From: Candidatus Sumerlaeia bacterium
Lineage (GTDB): Bacteria; Sumerlaeota; Sumerlaeia; SLMS01
Reading direction: 5' to 3'
NCBI GenBank assembly: GCA_038208905.1
Contig: JBBQYG010000009.1
Location: forward strand, 1 to 45,915
DNA length: 45,915 nucleotides
Part shown: positions 17,369-26,945 of the stretch, one piece after another
Layout: each line of letters starts with the position of its first letter
Numbering within the stretch: position 1 is the stretch's first letter
The notes under the pieces: model-generated
Databases searched by the model: none
The model's input: the letters and a program-made list of their open reading frames with translations, nothing else
What the model was told of the DNA's origin: nothing
Made by a program: the position numbers and the translations under genes

Positions 17369-18748
17369 ATGCCGTCCAAGAACTCGTTCCCCTACAGCCG
17401 CGTCCTAGTCTTCGGAGCCGCGCGCTCCGGAGTCGGCGCCATGCATCTGCTCCGCCATCACGGCATCGATGTCGTCCTCGTGGACGAGCGCCCCGCGATG
17501 GAGTTCCGCTCGCTGATCCGCCGCCTGCGGCGCCTCTACGTCACGCCCTACTTCGGGCCCATCAAGGAGGACGTCCTGCGCGGCTGCAAGGCGATGATCA
17601 TCTCCCCCGGCATTCCCCTCACGCACAAGCTCGTGCGCGAGGCGCAGGAGCGCAACATCCCGATCATCTCCGAGGTCGAGCTCGCGTCCTACTTCGCCTG
17701 CGCGCCGATCGTGGCCATCACCGGGACGAACGGCAAGACGACGACGACCACGCTGGCCGGCCAGATGGTCGCCGACGCGGGGATCAACGCCGTGGTCTCC
17801 GGCAACATCGGCCGCGCCTTCTCCGACGGCGTCCTGTCGGCCCAGGACGTATCGCGCAGGACGGTGCTTGTCACCGAGGTCTCCAGCTTCCAGCTCGAGT
17901 CCATCGAGGCCTTCCATCCCCACATCGCGCTCATCCTCAACATCACCCGCGACCACATGGACCGCTACCGCAACATGCGGGAGTACATCGACGCCAAGTT
18001 CCGCATCACCCTCAACCAGAACGAGGACGACTTCCTGATCCTCAACGAGGATGATCCCGTGACGATGAAGGCCGCCGAGGACACCAGCGCCCAGATCCGC
18101 ACGATCTCCCTCACCAAGGAAGTCGAGGAGGGCGCCTACGTCCGCGATGGCCGCATCTATCTCAAGGAAAACGGCGAATCGATTCCCTTCTGCAGCGTGG
18201 CCGACATCCCGATGCCCGGCGCCCACAACGTCCAGAACACGCTGGCGGCGCTCGTGATCAGCCGGTGCCTGGGAATCCCGACCGACAGCCTGCTGAAGAC
18301 CCTCGCCAAGTTCAAGGGCGTGGAGCACCGCACCGAGCGCGTCGAGACGAGCCGCGACGGCGTCCTGTATATCAACGACTCCAAGGCGACCAACGTGGAC
18401 TCGCTTGAGAAGGCGCTGCTGAGCTTCGACAAGCCGGTGGTCCTCATCGCCGGCGGCAAGGACAAGCAGTCGGCCTACGAGCGGCTTAACTCCCTGGTCA
18501 AGGAACGCGTCAAGGCGCTCGTCCTCATCGGTGAGGCGCGTCCCCTCATCAAGAAGGCGTGGGGTGACTTGGTGCCGACCAAGGAGGCCGCAACCCTCGA
18601 GGAGGCCGTGAAGATCGCCTCCGCGCTCGCCAAGTCGGGCGACGTGGTGCTGCTCTCGCCGGCGTGCTCGAGCTTCGACATGTTCCGCAACTTCGAGGAG
18701 CGCGGCTGCCAGTTCAAGCGCGCCGTCCGCGATCACCTGGGGCTGTAG
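17369..18748 (+). CDS. murD: UDP-MurNAc-L-Ala--D-glutamate ligase
   Basis: SPGIP, AITGTNGKTTTT, EVSSFQLE, DHMDRY, NDSKATN, LSPACSSFDMFRNFEERG. Confidence 0.98.
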   Translation: MPSKNSFPYSRVLVFGAARSGVGAMHLLRHHGIDVVLVDERPAMEFRSLIRRLRRLYVTPYFGPIKEDVLRGCKAMIISPGIPLTHKLVREAQERNIPIISEVELASYFACAPIVAITGTNGKTTTTTLAGQMVADAGINAVVSGNIGRAFSDGVLSAQDVSRRTVLVTEVSSFQLESIEAFHPHIALILNITRDHMDRYRNMREYIDAKFRITLNQNEDDFLILNEDDPVTMKAAEDTSAQIRTISLTKEVEEGAYVRDGRIYLKENGESIPFCSVADIPMPGAHNVQNTLAALVISRCLGIPTDSLLKTLAKFKGVEHRTERVETSRDGVLYINDSKATNVDSLEKALLSFDKPVVLIAGGKDKQSAYERLNSLVKERVKALVLIGEARPLIKKAWGDLVPTKEAATLEEAVKIASALAKSGDVVLLSPACSSFDMFRNFEERGCQFKRAVRDHLGL

Positions 18749-18761
18749 GGAAAGGGCCGCG

Positions 18762-19943
18762 ATGAAGCTGTTCCTCCGGAGTTTCGACAACCCCGCCGCT
18801 CTGCTGGCGCTCGTCGTGGCGGTGCTCATGACCTTGGGCATCGTCATGGTGTACAGCGCCAGCGGGGCGCGCGCGGGATTGGAGAACATCCGCGTCGCCG
18901 CGAAGTCCGAGGGGCGCGCGGAGGAGGACTACCGTTTCAACCACGGCACCAACTACGTGACGAAGCAGATCACCTGGGGTGTCCTCGGGCTTGTGATCGC
19001 GCTGGCCGCCATGCGGGTTCCGCTGGAGGCGTTGGAGAAATACTCCGGCGTCGCCCTTGTGGCGTGCCTGATCGTGCTGGTGCTGGTGATCGCCACGCCG
19101 CTTGGGCATTCGGCGGGAGGCTCGCGACGATGGATCCGCATGGGTCCGTTATCGCTCCAGCCCTCCGAATTCGCCAAGATCGCGCTCGTGATCTTCATGG
19201 CGCGGTTCCTCACTGCTAAGCGCCAGCAGATGCGCAGCTTCATGCGCGGCTTCCTCCCTGCCGTTGGCGTGGTGGGGCTCTTCTCTGTGCTCATCATGAA
19301 GGAGGATCTTGGCACCATCGTCCTCATGGGCGGTGTGATCATGGCGATGTGGTGCCTCGCCCACGTGCGTATGATGCACCTCGCTTCGATCGGACTGGCC
19401 GCCGTTCCCGTGCTCATCCTGCTGGTTCTCCAGCACAGCTACCGCCAGAACCGAATCCTTGCGTTCCTCGATCCCGAAAAGTATGCCCTCACCCACGCGT
19501 TCCAGCTCAACCAGTCGCTGATCGCCGTGGGTTCCGGTGGGGTCTTCGGCCTTGGGATGGGCGACGGATTGCAGAAGTATCACTTCCTCGGCGAGTCCCA
19601 CACCGACTTCATCTTTGGCATCGTGTGCGAGGAGCTGGGCATGGTCGGCGGGATCTCCGTGTGCCTGCTCTTCACGGCCTTCGTGATCCTTGGGCTGCGG
19701 ATTTCCTACCGGGCGCCAGACTACTTCTCCGGGCTGCTTGCGGCGGGTCTCACGATGATCGTGGGTCTCGCGGCGTTCATCAACTTCTTTGTCGCGCTCG
19801 GCCTCGCGCCGACCAAGGGCCTGGCGCTGCCGTTTTTCAGCTACGGTGGATCCGCCATGATGGCTAGCCTCGTCTGCGTGGGCCTCCTCGTGAACATCGC
19901 CAACGCCTCGCTCAAGTCGGTCGGCGCGCGGGAGGTGTTCTGA
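18762..19943 (+). CDS. ftsW: Peptidoglycan glycosyltransferase FtsW (SEDS family)
   Basis: MVYSAS, RRWI...LQPSEFAK, HTDFIFGIVCEELG, PTKGLALPFFSYGGS. Confidence 0.96.
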   Translation: MKLFLRSFDNPAALLALVVAVLMTLGIVMVYSASGARAGLENIRVAAKSEGRAEEDYRFNHGTNYVTKQITWGVLGLVIALAAMRVPLEALEKYSGVALVACLIVLVLVIATPLGHSAGGSRRWIRMGPLSLQPSEFAKIALVIFMARFLTAKRQQMRSFMRGFLPAVGVVGLFSVLIMKEDLGTIVLMGGVIMAMWCLAHVRMMHLASIGLAAVPVLILLVLQHSYRQNRILAFLDPEKYALTHAFQLNQSLIAVGSGGVFGLGMGDGLQKYHFLGESHTDFIFGIVCEELGMVGGISVCLLFTAFVILGLRISYRAPDYFSGLLAAGLTMIVGLAAFINFFVALGLAPTKGLALPFFSYGGSAMMASLVCVGLLVNIANASLKSVGAREVF

Positions 19944-21013
19944 TGGAGCGCGCCTTTGTGATCGCGGCCGGCGGCACCGGTGGGCACATCATCCCCGGCA
20001 TCTGCATCGGGCGGGAGATCGAGCGCGCCAACGCCGACCTTCGCGTGGAGTACCTCTGCGGCTCGCGCGCGATCGAGTCGCGTATCTACGCGGCGGAGGG
20101 CATCGAGCCGCGTCGGCTGTCTGTTGGCGCGGAGCTCGAGAAGAAGCTCCCCGGCGCGCGCTTCGCCACGATGGGGGTGGACTTCGCCGCCATTCTCGCC
20201 CGCTGGCTGCTGCATCGCCCGGCGGGCGTTCTCGCGATGGGCGGTGCCGTGTGCTTTCCCGCGCTCTTCGCCGCGCGGCTGCTGGGCGTGCCCGTTTTCC
20301 TCCATGAGTCCAACCGCATTCCCGGCCGTGTGGTGCGGATGTTCCGCTCCGGCGCGCGGCGCTTGTTCCTCGGCATGGGCGGCGCAGAGGGCAACAACGT
20401 CGAGACCACCGGCACCCCTGCAAAAACCCGCGACGTGGCAGTCCCGGCGCGCGATACCATCGCCTGCGTCGGTGGCAGCCAAGGCGCCGCGCGGCTCAAC
20501 GAGCTTTTCCTGGAGGCCGCGCGCCTCCTGCACCCCCAGTTCCCTTGGCTGAAGATCGTCCTCGTCTCCGGTCCCGGCAAGGCCGTCGAGGCTCCCCTGG
20601 GCGTCGAGGTCCGTGCCTACGAGAACGACATGCCGTCGCTGCTCTCCCGCGCGGTGGCGATGGTGTCGCGCTCGGGCTCGGGCTCGATGGCCGACATTGC
20701 CAACTTCCGCGTCCCCGCCGTGCTGGTCCCGTATCCCCACGCGATGGACGATCATCAGCTTGCGAACGCGCGCTACTTTTCCGACCGCGGCGCGGCGCTG
20801 CTGGCGGAGGAAGCGGGGCTCGACGGCGCGCGCCTCGCGGACATGCTTCGCTCGATTATCTCCGACGCCCACCTCTCCGCCGGAATGAAAGACCAACTCG
20901 GCATCCTCTCCACGCCCGACGCCGCCTGCCTGATCGCGCGGCGCATTCGGGAAGAACTCGATTCCCCGGTCCTCGCCCTGCGGGGAGACCCACGAAAGGC
21001 CTCTCGCGCATGA
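19943..21013 (+). CDS. murG: Lipid II GlcNAc transferase MurG
   Basis: AAGGTGGHIIPG, HESNRIPG, GGSQGA, SRSG, VPYPHA.DDHQLANA. Confidence 0.95.
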   Translation: MERAFVIAAGGTGGHIIPGICIGREIERANADLRVEYLCGSRAIESRIYAAEGIEPRRLSVGAELEKKLPGARFATMGVDFAAILARWLLHRPAGVLAMGGAVCFPALFAARLLGVPVFLHESNRIPGRVVRMFRSGARRLFLGMGGAEGNNVETTGTPAKTRDVAVPARDTIACVGGSQGAARLNELFLEAARLLHPQFPWLKIVLVSGPGKAVEAPLGVEVRAYENDMPSLLSRAVAMVSRSGSGSMADIANFRVPAVLVPYPHAMDDHQLANARYFSDRGAALLAEEAGLDGARLADMLRSIISDAHLSAGMKDQLGILSTPDAACLIARRIREELDSPVLALRGDPRKASRA

Positions 21014-22401
21014 GCCTCACCGCCCTGGAACCACACCCCGCGGAACTGCGATTCCAAAGCGCCCACTTCATCGGCATCTGCGGCGCCGGGATGAAGCCCA
21101 TCGCCCACGCGCTGCTGTCATTGGGCATTCGCGTCGCTGGGTCCGACCTGGAAGGCGGAAAGGAAGCCAGCCTCTCCGCCGCCGGCGCCACGATCCACCC
21201 GGGCCACGCGGCGGAGCACCTCGGCGAGGCGGATGTCGTCGTCTATTCCTCCGCCATTCCCGAGTCGAACCCCGAAATGATGGCCGCCCGCCGCCGCGGC
21301 ATCCGCTGCCTTCACCGGAGCGAGATGCTGGCCTGGTTCCTTGCCCAGCGCGAATCCATCCTGGTCGCCGGAACCCACGGCAAGACCACCACCACCGCCA
21401 TGACCGCGATCCTGCTGGAGGCCGCGGGGATGGACCCGTGGGGCTTCGTGGGCGGATCGGTGCCGCGCTTTGGCGGAAACCTGAGGGCCGGGGGAGAGCG
21501 TTTCGCCGTTGCCGAGGCCGACGAGAGCGATGGCAGCTTCCTCCTCCTCCCCCGCGACCACGCGATCATCACCAACATCGAGGCGGAGCACCTCAACTAC
21601 TGGCGCACCGAGGAGCGCCTCTTCGAGGGCTTCGAGACCTTCGCCGCCGCGATCCCCACCGGCGGCATCATCGCGCTCTGCGCCGACGACCCGGGGATTC
21701 AGCGCCTTCTCCCGGCGCTTGGCGGGCACGGACACACCTACTCGGCCCAGGGGGCCGCGGCGGACTACACCGCGCGCGAGATCCACCTCCACGGCGAGGG
21801 CTCGCGTTTCCGCCTCCATCGTGGCGATCAGGCGCTCGGCTGGGTCGAGCTTCACATCCCCGGCATTCACAACGTCTCCAACGCGACCGGCGCGCTGGCG
21901 CTGGCGCTGGAGCTGGGGGCCGATTTCGAGCGGATTCGCCAAGCCCTTCTGGAATTCCGGGGCGTTGATCGCCGCTTCACCAAGCGCGTCGCCGACGCGG
22001 GGTTCATGGTGATCGACGACTATGGCCACCACCCGACGGAGATGGCCGCGACGCTGGCCGCCGCGCGAATGCTCGCCAACGAGCGCGCCGGGCGGCTCCA
22101 CGTGGTCTTTCAGCCCCACCGCTATACGCGGACGGAGAGCTTCCTCTCCGGCTTCGGGCCCGCCCTGCGCGGGGCCGACGCCGTTGTCGTCACCGATGTC
22201 TATGCGGCGGGGGAGGCCCCGATTCCCGGTGTTTCGGGCGAAACGCTGGCGAGGCGGATGCCCGCCGGGTCCGGCTGCCCCGTTGAGTACATCCCGGGCT
22301 TCGAGGACATCAGAAATTTCATCCATCAGTCCGCAAAAAAGAGTGACATTGTTCTGATCCTCGGCGCAGGGTCGGTGACGAAGCTATCGTACCTGCTATG
22401 A
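21010..22401 (+). CDS. murC: UDP-N-acetylmuramate--L-alanine ligase
   Basis: HFIGICGAGM, VAGTHGKTTTT, EADESDGSF, DDYGHHPTE, FQPHRYTRT; ATGA overlap with murG. Confidence 0.97.
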   Translation: MSLTALEPHPAELRFQSAHFIGICGAGMKPIAHALLSLGIRVAGSDLEGGKEASLSAAGATIHPGHAAEHLGEADVVVYSSAIPESNPEMMAARRRGIRCLHRSEMLAWFLAQRESILVAGTHGKTTTTAMTAILLEAAGMDPWGFVGGSVPRFGGNLRAGGERFAVAEADESDGSFLLLPRDHAIITNIEAEHLNYWRTEERLFEGFETFAAAIPTGGIIALCADDPGIQRLLPALGGHGHTYSAQGAAADYTAREIHLHGEGSRFRLHRGDQALGWVELHIPGIHNVSNATGALALALELGADFERIRQALLEFRGVDRRFTKRVADAGFMVIDDYGHHPTEMAATLAAARMLANERAGRLHVVFQPHRYTRTESFLSGFGPALRGADAVVVTDVYAAGEAPIPGVSGETLARRMPAGSGCPVEYIPGFEDIRNFIHQSAKKSDIVLILGAGSVTKLSYLL

Positions 22402-23390
22402 ACCCCATGCCCCCCTTCCATCCATCCGGAGGCCGTCTGGAAATGAGTCGCGACGAATGGCTGGAGCCGTTCCTGAGGATTTCCGATCCCGCGGTGACGA
22501 TCACTCCCAACGCCGACCTCACCAACGAGACCTCGATGAAGATGCGCGCCACGGCCCGCGCGGTGGCCAAGGTCGAGTCCCCCCAGGCGCTCAAGAAGGT
22601 TCTCCTCGAGTCGCGGACGAGTCGCGTGCCCGCGTTCGTCCTCGGCGGCGGAAAGAACACGCTCTTCGCCACCTCCCACTTCGAGGGGCTCGTGATGAAG
22701 CTCGGTCGTGGCTTTGGCGGGCTGGAGATGGTTGGCGCCAACACCATCCGCGCCGGCGGCTCCGTCGCGCTGCCGTCGCTCGTGCGCTACACCCACTCCG
22801 TTGGGATGATGGGGCTGGAATTCCTGACCATGGTCCCCGGCACCGTGGGCGGCTCGCTGGCGGGCAACGCCGGCGCGGGCGGATACGGGCTGTGCGATTA
22901 CGTGGACCGCGTCTATCTGATGACGCGCGACGGCTTCATCGCCTCCGTGGGTCGCAACGAATTCCGCCACTCCTACCGCCACTCGGAACTTCGCGAGGCA
23001 GTGGTCCTCGTGGCCGACTTCCGCCTCGAGCGTTTCAACCCCGCCGAGGCCACCCAGCGCATGGACTCCTACAAGGAGAAGAAGAAGGGGCAGCCGTACT
23101 CGCTTCCCTCCAGCGGCTGCATCTTCAAGAATCCGAAGATCGCCCCCGACAGGACCATCAGCGCGGGCATGCTCATCGACCAGTGCGGGCTCAAGGGATA
23201 CAGGATCAACTCCGCCGTTGTCTCGGAGGAGCACGCCAATTTCATCGTCAACACGGGAAGCTCCAGCGGAGAGGACTTCCTCGCACTGATCGCGCTTGTG
23301 AAGGACCGGGTGAAGGCCAAGACCGGCTTCGACCTGCACGTGGAGGTCCAGATCGTTGGCGGGCCCCTGGGCAACACGATGCTGCAGTAA
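22398..23390 (+). CDS. murB: UDP-N-acetylenolpyruvoylglucosamine reductase
   Basis: LGGGKN, GLEFLTMVPGTVGG..AGNAGA, YRHS, QP...PSSGCIFKNP, HANFIVN. Start could be the later Met at 22443. Confidence 0.95.
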   Translation: MNPMPPFHPSGGRLEMSRDEWLEPFLRISDPAVTITPNADLTNETSMKMRATARAVAKVESPQALKKVLLESRTSRVPAFVLGGGKNTLFATSHFEGLVMKLGRGFGGLEMVGANTIRAGGSVALPSLVRYTHSVGMMGLEFLTMVPGTVGGSLAGNAGAGGYGLCDYVDRVYLMTRDGFIASVGRNEFRHSYRHSELREAVVLVADFRLERFNPAEATQRMDSYKEKKKGQPYSLPSSGCIFKNPKIAPDRTISAGMLIDQCGLKGYRINSAVVSEEHANFIVNTGSSSGEDFLALIALVKDRVKAKTGFDLHVEVQIVGGPLGNTMLQ

Positions 23391-23407
23391 CGTGGAAGGA
23401 CAGCGCC

Positions 23408-24343
23408 ATGGACCAGTCGGGAACACAGCGGACTTCAGGCGAATCGCGCACCTCCGCCGCGGGGTCGGGCTCTTCCAATAGCCGGCACGTCCGCAAGCTC
23501 ACCCATCGCCAGCCGGTGCCGCGCTCGCTTCCGCGGCGGGCGTCGCGCTGGATCACCCGGGGCTCGCGGCTGCCGTTCCTGCTCCTCGCGCTGGGCGCGC
23601 TGGTTCCCGCCGCCTTCCTGTTTCCAGGCTACCTGACGAACTCTGAATACTTCGAGCTCTCAGAAATCCGAATCCAGGGGAACCAACGCCTCGGCGTCGG
23701 CGCGCTCAGGACCGCCCTGCTGGAAAAGGCCGGCGTGGAGGAGGGCGTGACGACGCTGGGCATCGACACTGCCGCGGTGCGCGCCGCGCTGGAGGATATC
23801 CCCGAGATCGCCAGCGCCCACATCGTCAAACACTGGCCCTCCGCCCTGGAGATCGTGGTGCAGGAGCGCAAGGCCCAGGGGATCTACGTCTCCGGAACCG
23901 GCACCTTCGTCTTCGACGCGGGGGGCTACATTTTCGCCGACGCCTCCGCGGCGGACTTGAGGGAGCGCGAGCTTCCGATTCTCTCCGGTCTCTCCGGCGA
24001 CTCCCCGGCCAAGGGCTCCCGCATTCCCAAGGCCGCCCATCAGCGCCTTCGCGACTATGATGCAGTCTTCTCCGCCGCCGCGCCCACGATCTGGGCAGAC
24101 CGGAGCGAGCTGAACTTCGAAACCGACCGCGGCGTGACGCTCGTCATGCGCGACGGCGCGCGGTTCTTCTGCGGCCACCGCGGGCCGGAGGAAGTCGGCC
24201 CCCTCGTGGAGGCGATTCTCCTCGCCCATCCCGACGAGTCGGTGATCGACGAGGCGTCCCTCCCGTCGGACCTCTATGCCACGATTACCCACAAACCTGA
24301 AACCGCCTCGCCCATCGCCGCCAGCCTGGCGAGCGGGCGCTAG
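23408..24343 (+). CDS. ftsQ: Cell division protein FtsQ/DivIB
   Basis: Start MDQSGTQ after GAAGGA; basic N-terminal tail, TM helix, POTRA domain (IRIQGN...PEIASA.IVKHWPSALEIVVQER); precedes ftsA. Confidence 0.85.
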   Translation: MDQSGTQRTSGESRTSAAGSGSSNSRHVRKLTHRQPVPRSLPRRASRWITRGSRLPFLLLALGALVPAAFLFPGYLTNSEYFELSEIRIQGNQRLGVGALRTALLEKAGVEEGVTTLGIDTAAVRAALEDIPEIASAHIVKHWPSALEIVVQERKAQGIYVSGTGTFVFDAGGYIFADASAADLRERELPILSGLSGDSPAKGSRIPKAAHQRLRDYDAVFSAAAPTIWADRSELNFETDRGVTLVMRDGARFFCGHRGPEEVGPLVEAILLAHPDESVIDEASLPSDLYATITHKPETASPIAASLASGR

Positions 24344-24359
24344 GGGAGACCACCCACCC

Positions 24360-25691
24360 ATGGCAATCGCCCAACTGATGGAAAGGCTCCTGCTCAACAG
24401 CAGGGCCGAAGCCAGCCAGACTCCGCCCCGGCCCGACGGCATTGGCCGCCGACTCAAGCTAAGGCTCCCGGATCACAAGGTCATGTTCACCGGCCTCGAC
24501 ATCGGCACCACGAAGATCTGCGCCATCGTGGGAGAGATCGAGCCCAGCGGCAAGGTCACCATCCTTGGCGTGGCTTCCACGCCCAGCCAGGGCCTGCGCC
24601 GCGGCGTGGTCATCAATCTGGACGAGACGGTCGATTCCATCCGCATCGCCATCCGCAAGGCCGAGGACATTGCCCAGGTCACCGTCAAGGATGTCTTTGT
24701 CGGCATCGCCGGCGGCCATATCCAGTGCCACCAGCTTGAGGCGATGGTGGACGTCGCCAATGCCGAGCGCGGGATCACGCGCGCGGACATACGCCGCGTG
24801 GTGGATCGCGCCATCGAGAACCAGGTCCCCGTCGAGCGCGAGGTCCTCCACCTCATCCCCCAACGCTTTCACATCGACGATGGCCCGATCATGGATCCGC
24901 TCGGCTTCTGCTCGCGGACGCTCAAGGCGGAGGTCATGCTTGTCACCGCCGCCGTTACCTCCGCCCAGAACATCATCCGCGCCGTCAGCCAGGCGCGCTA
25001 TCGCGTGTCGGGCATCTATCTGGAGCCCCTCGCCAGCTCCCTCGCCGTCCTCACCGAGGAGCAGAAGGAACTCGGTGTCGTGCTCATCGACATCGGCGGA
25101 GGCACCAGCGACGCGGCCATCTGGGCCGACGGCGCCGTGCGCTTCACCGGCGTTGTCCCCTTTGGCGGCGACGCCATTACCGAGGACATTTCCAAGGTGC
25201 TCAAGATCAACCGCTACGATGCGGAGAACATGAAGAAGAAGGACGGCCACTGCCTTCCCCACATGGTCGATCCGCGAGAGATGCTCCAGCTTCCGCCCGG
25301 CTTCTCCGCCCAGACGGAGGAACACAGCCGCCAGTTCCTCGCGGAGGTCATCGAGTGCCGCCTTGAAGAGATGCTGAACATGGTGAAGGCCAAGATCGAG
25401 CGCGTCCCAGCCTATGACCGCGCCTATGGCGGCATCGTCCTCACCGGCGGCGGCTCGCTCCAGCTCGGCATCTGCGAACTCGCCCAGAAGGTCTTCGGAC
25501 GCCCCTGCCGTCTCGGAGCCCCCGCCGGCCTCTCCGGCCTCTCCAGCGGCGTCGCCAGCCCCATCTACTCCACCGGAGTCGGCCTCGTCCTCTACGGCCT
25601 CGAACACGAACGCGAGCAGGCCATCCTCGACAGCAACGCCTTCGGCAAGATCGTGAAGCGGCTGAAGAGCTTCATTGATTGGTACGGATGA
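24360..25691 (+). CDS. ftsA: Cell division protein FtsA
   Basis: GLDIGTTKICAIV, GLRRGVVINLD, LIDIGGGTSD, GIVLTGGGS, YSTGVGL, C-terminal amphipathic KRLKSFIDW. Start uncertain (24360 or 24483). Confidence 0.96.
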   Translation: MAIAQLMERLLLNSRAEASQTPPRPDGIGRRLKLRLPDHKVMFTGLDIGTTKICAIVGEIEPSGKVTILGVASTPSQGLRRGVVINLDETVDSIRIAIRKAEDIAQVTVKDVFVGIAGGHIQCHQLEAMVDVANAERGITRADIRRVVDRAIENQVPVEREVLHLIPQRFHIDDGPIMDPLGFCSRTLKAEVMLVTAAVTSAQNIIRAVSQARYRVSGIYLEPLASSLAVLTEEQKELGVVLIDIGGGTSDAAIWADGAVRFTGVVPFGGDAITEDISKVLKINRYDAENMKKKDGHCLPHMVDPREMLQLPPGFSAQTEEHSRQFLAEVIECRLEEMLNMVKAKIERVPAYDRAYGGIVLTGGGSLQLGICELAQKVFGRPCRLGAPAGLSGLSSGVASPIYSTGVGLVLYGLEHEREQAILDSNAFGKIVKRLKSFIDWYG

Positions 25692-25720
25692 GAAAAGGCA
25701 GGAAACGGGAGGGAAAGGTA

Positions 25721-25746
25721 GGGAGAAGCAGGGTAAGGCTTCTCCC
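25721..25746. terminator. Hairpin between convergent ftsA and DinB-family genes
   Basis: gggagaagc / gcttctccc perfect 9-bp stem; no U-tract. Confidence 0.5.
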
Positions 25747-25751
25747 CGCGC

Positions 25752-26279
25752 CTACGCCTTCGCTGCCTTGGCCTGCGCCTCCAACTGCCGGCGCGTCGTG
25801 TGGGGGACGATGCCGACCATGCGCTCCGTCAGGTAGAGCTGCGCGCGCACGCTCATCTCCTGCTCCTTGGCACAGTTCACGACCCACAGGCGGATCTTCG
25901 TCGCGTTGTCTGGCGCCACGAATGATTCGTTGAGGAAAGACTCCGGAACCGCCTCCACGCGCGCGATGATTCCAGCCAGCGAGGACTCCAGCGCGGCGAT
26001 GACCTGCGCCTTCGTCGTCACCTCGGCCAAATTGGTCTGGGTGTTCTTTGCAAAGACCTCGGTGCGCGTTTCGGGAGTTACGACCACGGGCTCCTTTGCC
26101 AGGGAGATGGTGGTCATGAACTCCGTTGTGCGGATGATGCCCTGGAACATTTCCAGCACCGTCTGAGCGCCCTCGGCGGGGCGGAAGCTGTACTTCTCCT
26201 CGGGAATATCGCGGGCGATCTCGATGGTGTTGTCGCGCACGGTCTTGAAGCTATCCAGAACGATCTTGGGAGTAATCAT
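25752..26279 (-). CDS. DinB/YfiT-family protein
   Basis: DIPEEKYSFRPAEGAQT...RAQLYLTERMVGIVP pattern; the usual metal-binding His residues appear substituted. Confidence 0.75.
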   Translation of the reverse strand: MITPKIVLDSFKTVRDNTIEIARDIPEEKYSFRPAEGAQTVLEMFQGIIRTTEFMTTISLAKEPVVVTPETRTEVFAKNTQTNLAEVTTKAQVIAALESSLAGIIARVEAVPESFLNESFVAPDNATKIRLWVVNCAKEQEMSVRAQLYLTERMVGIVPHTTRRQLEAQAKAAKA

Positions 26280-26406
26280 GTGGCGAAGTCTCCGGGTCCG
26301 GCGGGAATTTAGCAGCCCCTCACAGGCGCATCGAATGATTCCAAGCCATTACCGCGCCCGCAAGCCCTCCCTGCCGTTCCCTGGTTTCCGCTGCCTCTCC
26401 CTGCCG

Positions 26407-26784
26407 TTACACCTGATCCTGCGGCTTGTCCTTCGGGGGTGCGACGCGCTCCTCGCGAAGTGGGTCGGCGGGGGGAAGCTCGGTCTCGGTCGCCGTGGCG
26501 GCAGGTCTGCCCCCCATGAACGACATCGAGCCAACCAGAAAGACGACGATGGCGACGGCGGCGGCGGAATACTTCATCCCCTGAGCAAAGTCCCGCCGCC
26601 CCCGGCGATAGCCCGCGATCCCCGCAATCGGCGGGATCAGGACGAGGAGGGCGGTCCGCAGCAGGAATTGGCTCAAGCCGATGGAATCGCCGATCAGCAG
26701 CAGCGTCGTCATGAACAGCATCAGCAGCACCAGGAAGACCTGGCTTCCGATTCCTACCACGCGCCAAAGGATTCGCATATTCAT
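26407..26784 (-). CDS. Small hypothetical membrane protein (3 TM)
   Basis: Start MNMRILWRVV at 26784; three hydrophobic segments and a polar C-terminal tail. Confidence 0.6.
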   Translation of the reverse strand: MNMRILWRVVGIGSQVFLVLLMLFMTTLLLIGDSIGLSQFLLRTALLVLIPPIAGIAGYRRGRRDFAQGMKYSAAAVAIVVFLVGSMSFMGGRPAATATETELPPADPLREERVAPPKDKPQDQV

Positions 26785-26911
26785 AGCTGGCCTTGTCGCC
26801 GGAGGGGGATGGCATGTCGAGCGGCGATTGTGGCCGGGACTCTCATTGACCCGCTCCAGCGGCGGGGGAGGATAGATCGTTTTCGCGGGGGCCCCGTCTG
26901 TCTCCCGCAAT

Positions 26912-26929
26912 TTGTGAAAACTTTCACAA
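26912..26929. promoter_or_regulatory. Rex (NADH/NAD+ sensor) operator
   Basis: TTGTGAA-aact-TTCACAA is an exact match to the Rex consensus TTGTGAANNNNTTCACAA, 16 nt before the sdhC ATG. Confidence 0.8.
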
Positions 26930-26945
26930 GTCGGAAGCCAACTGC

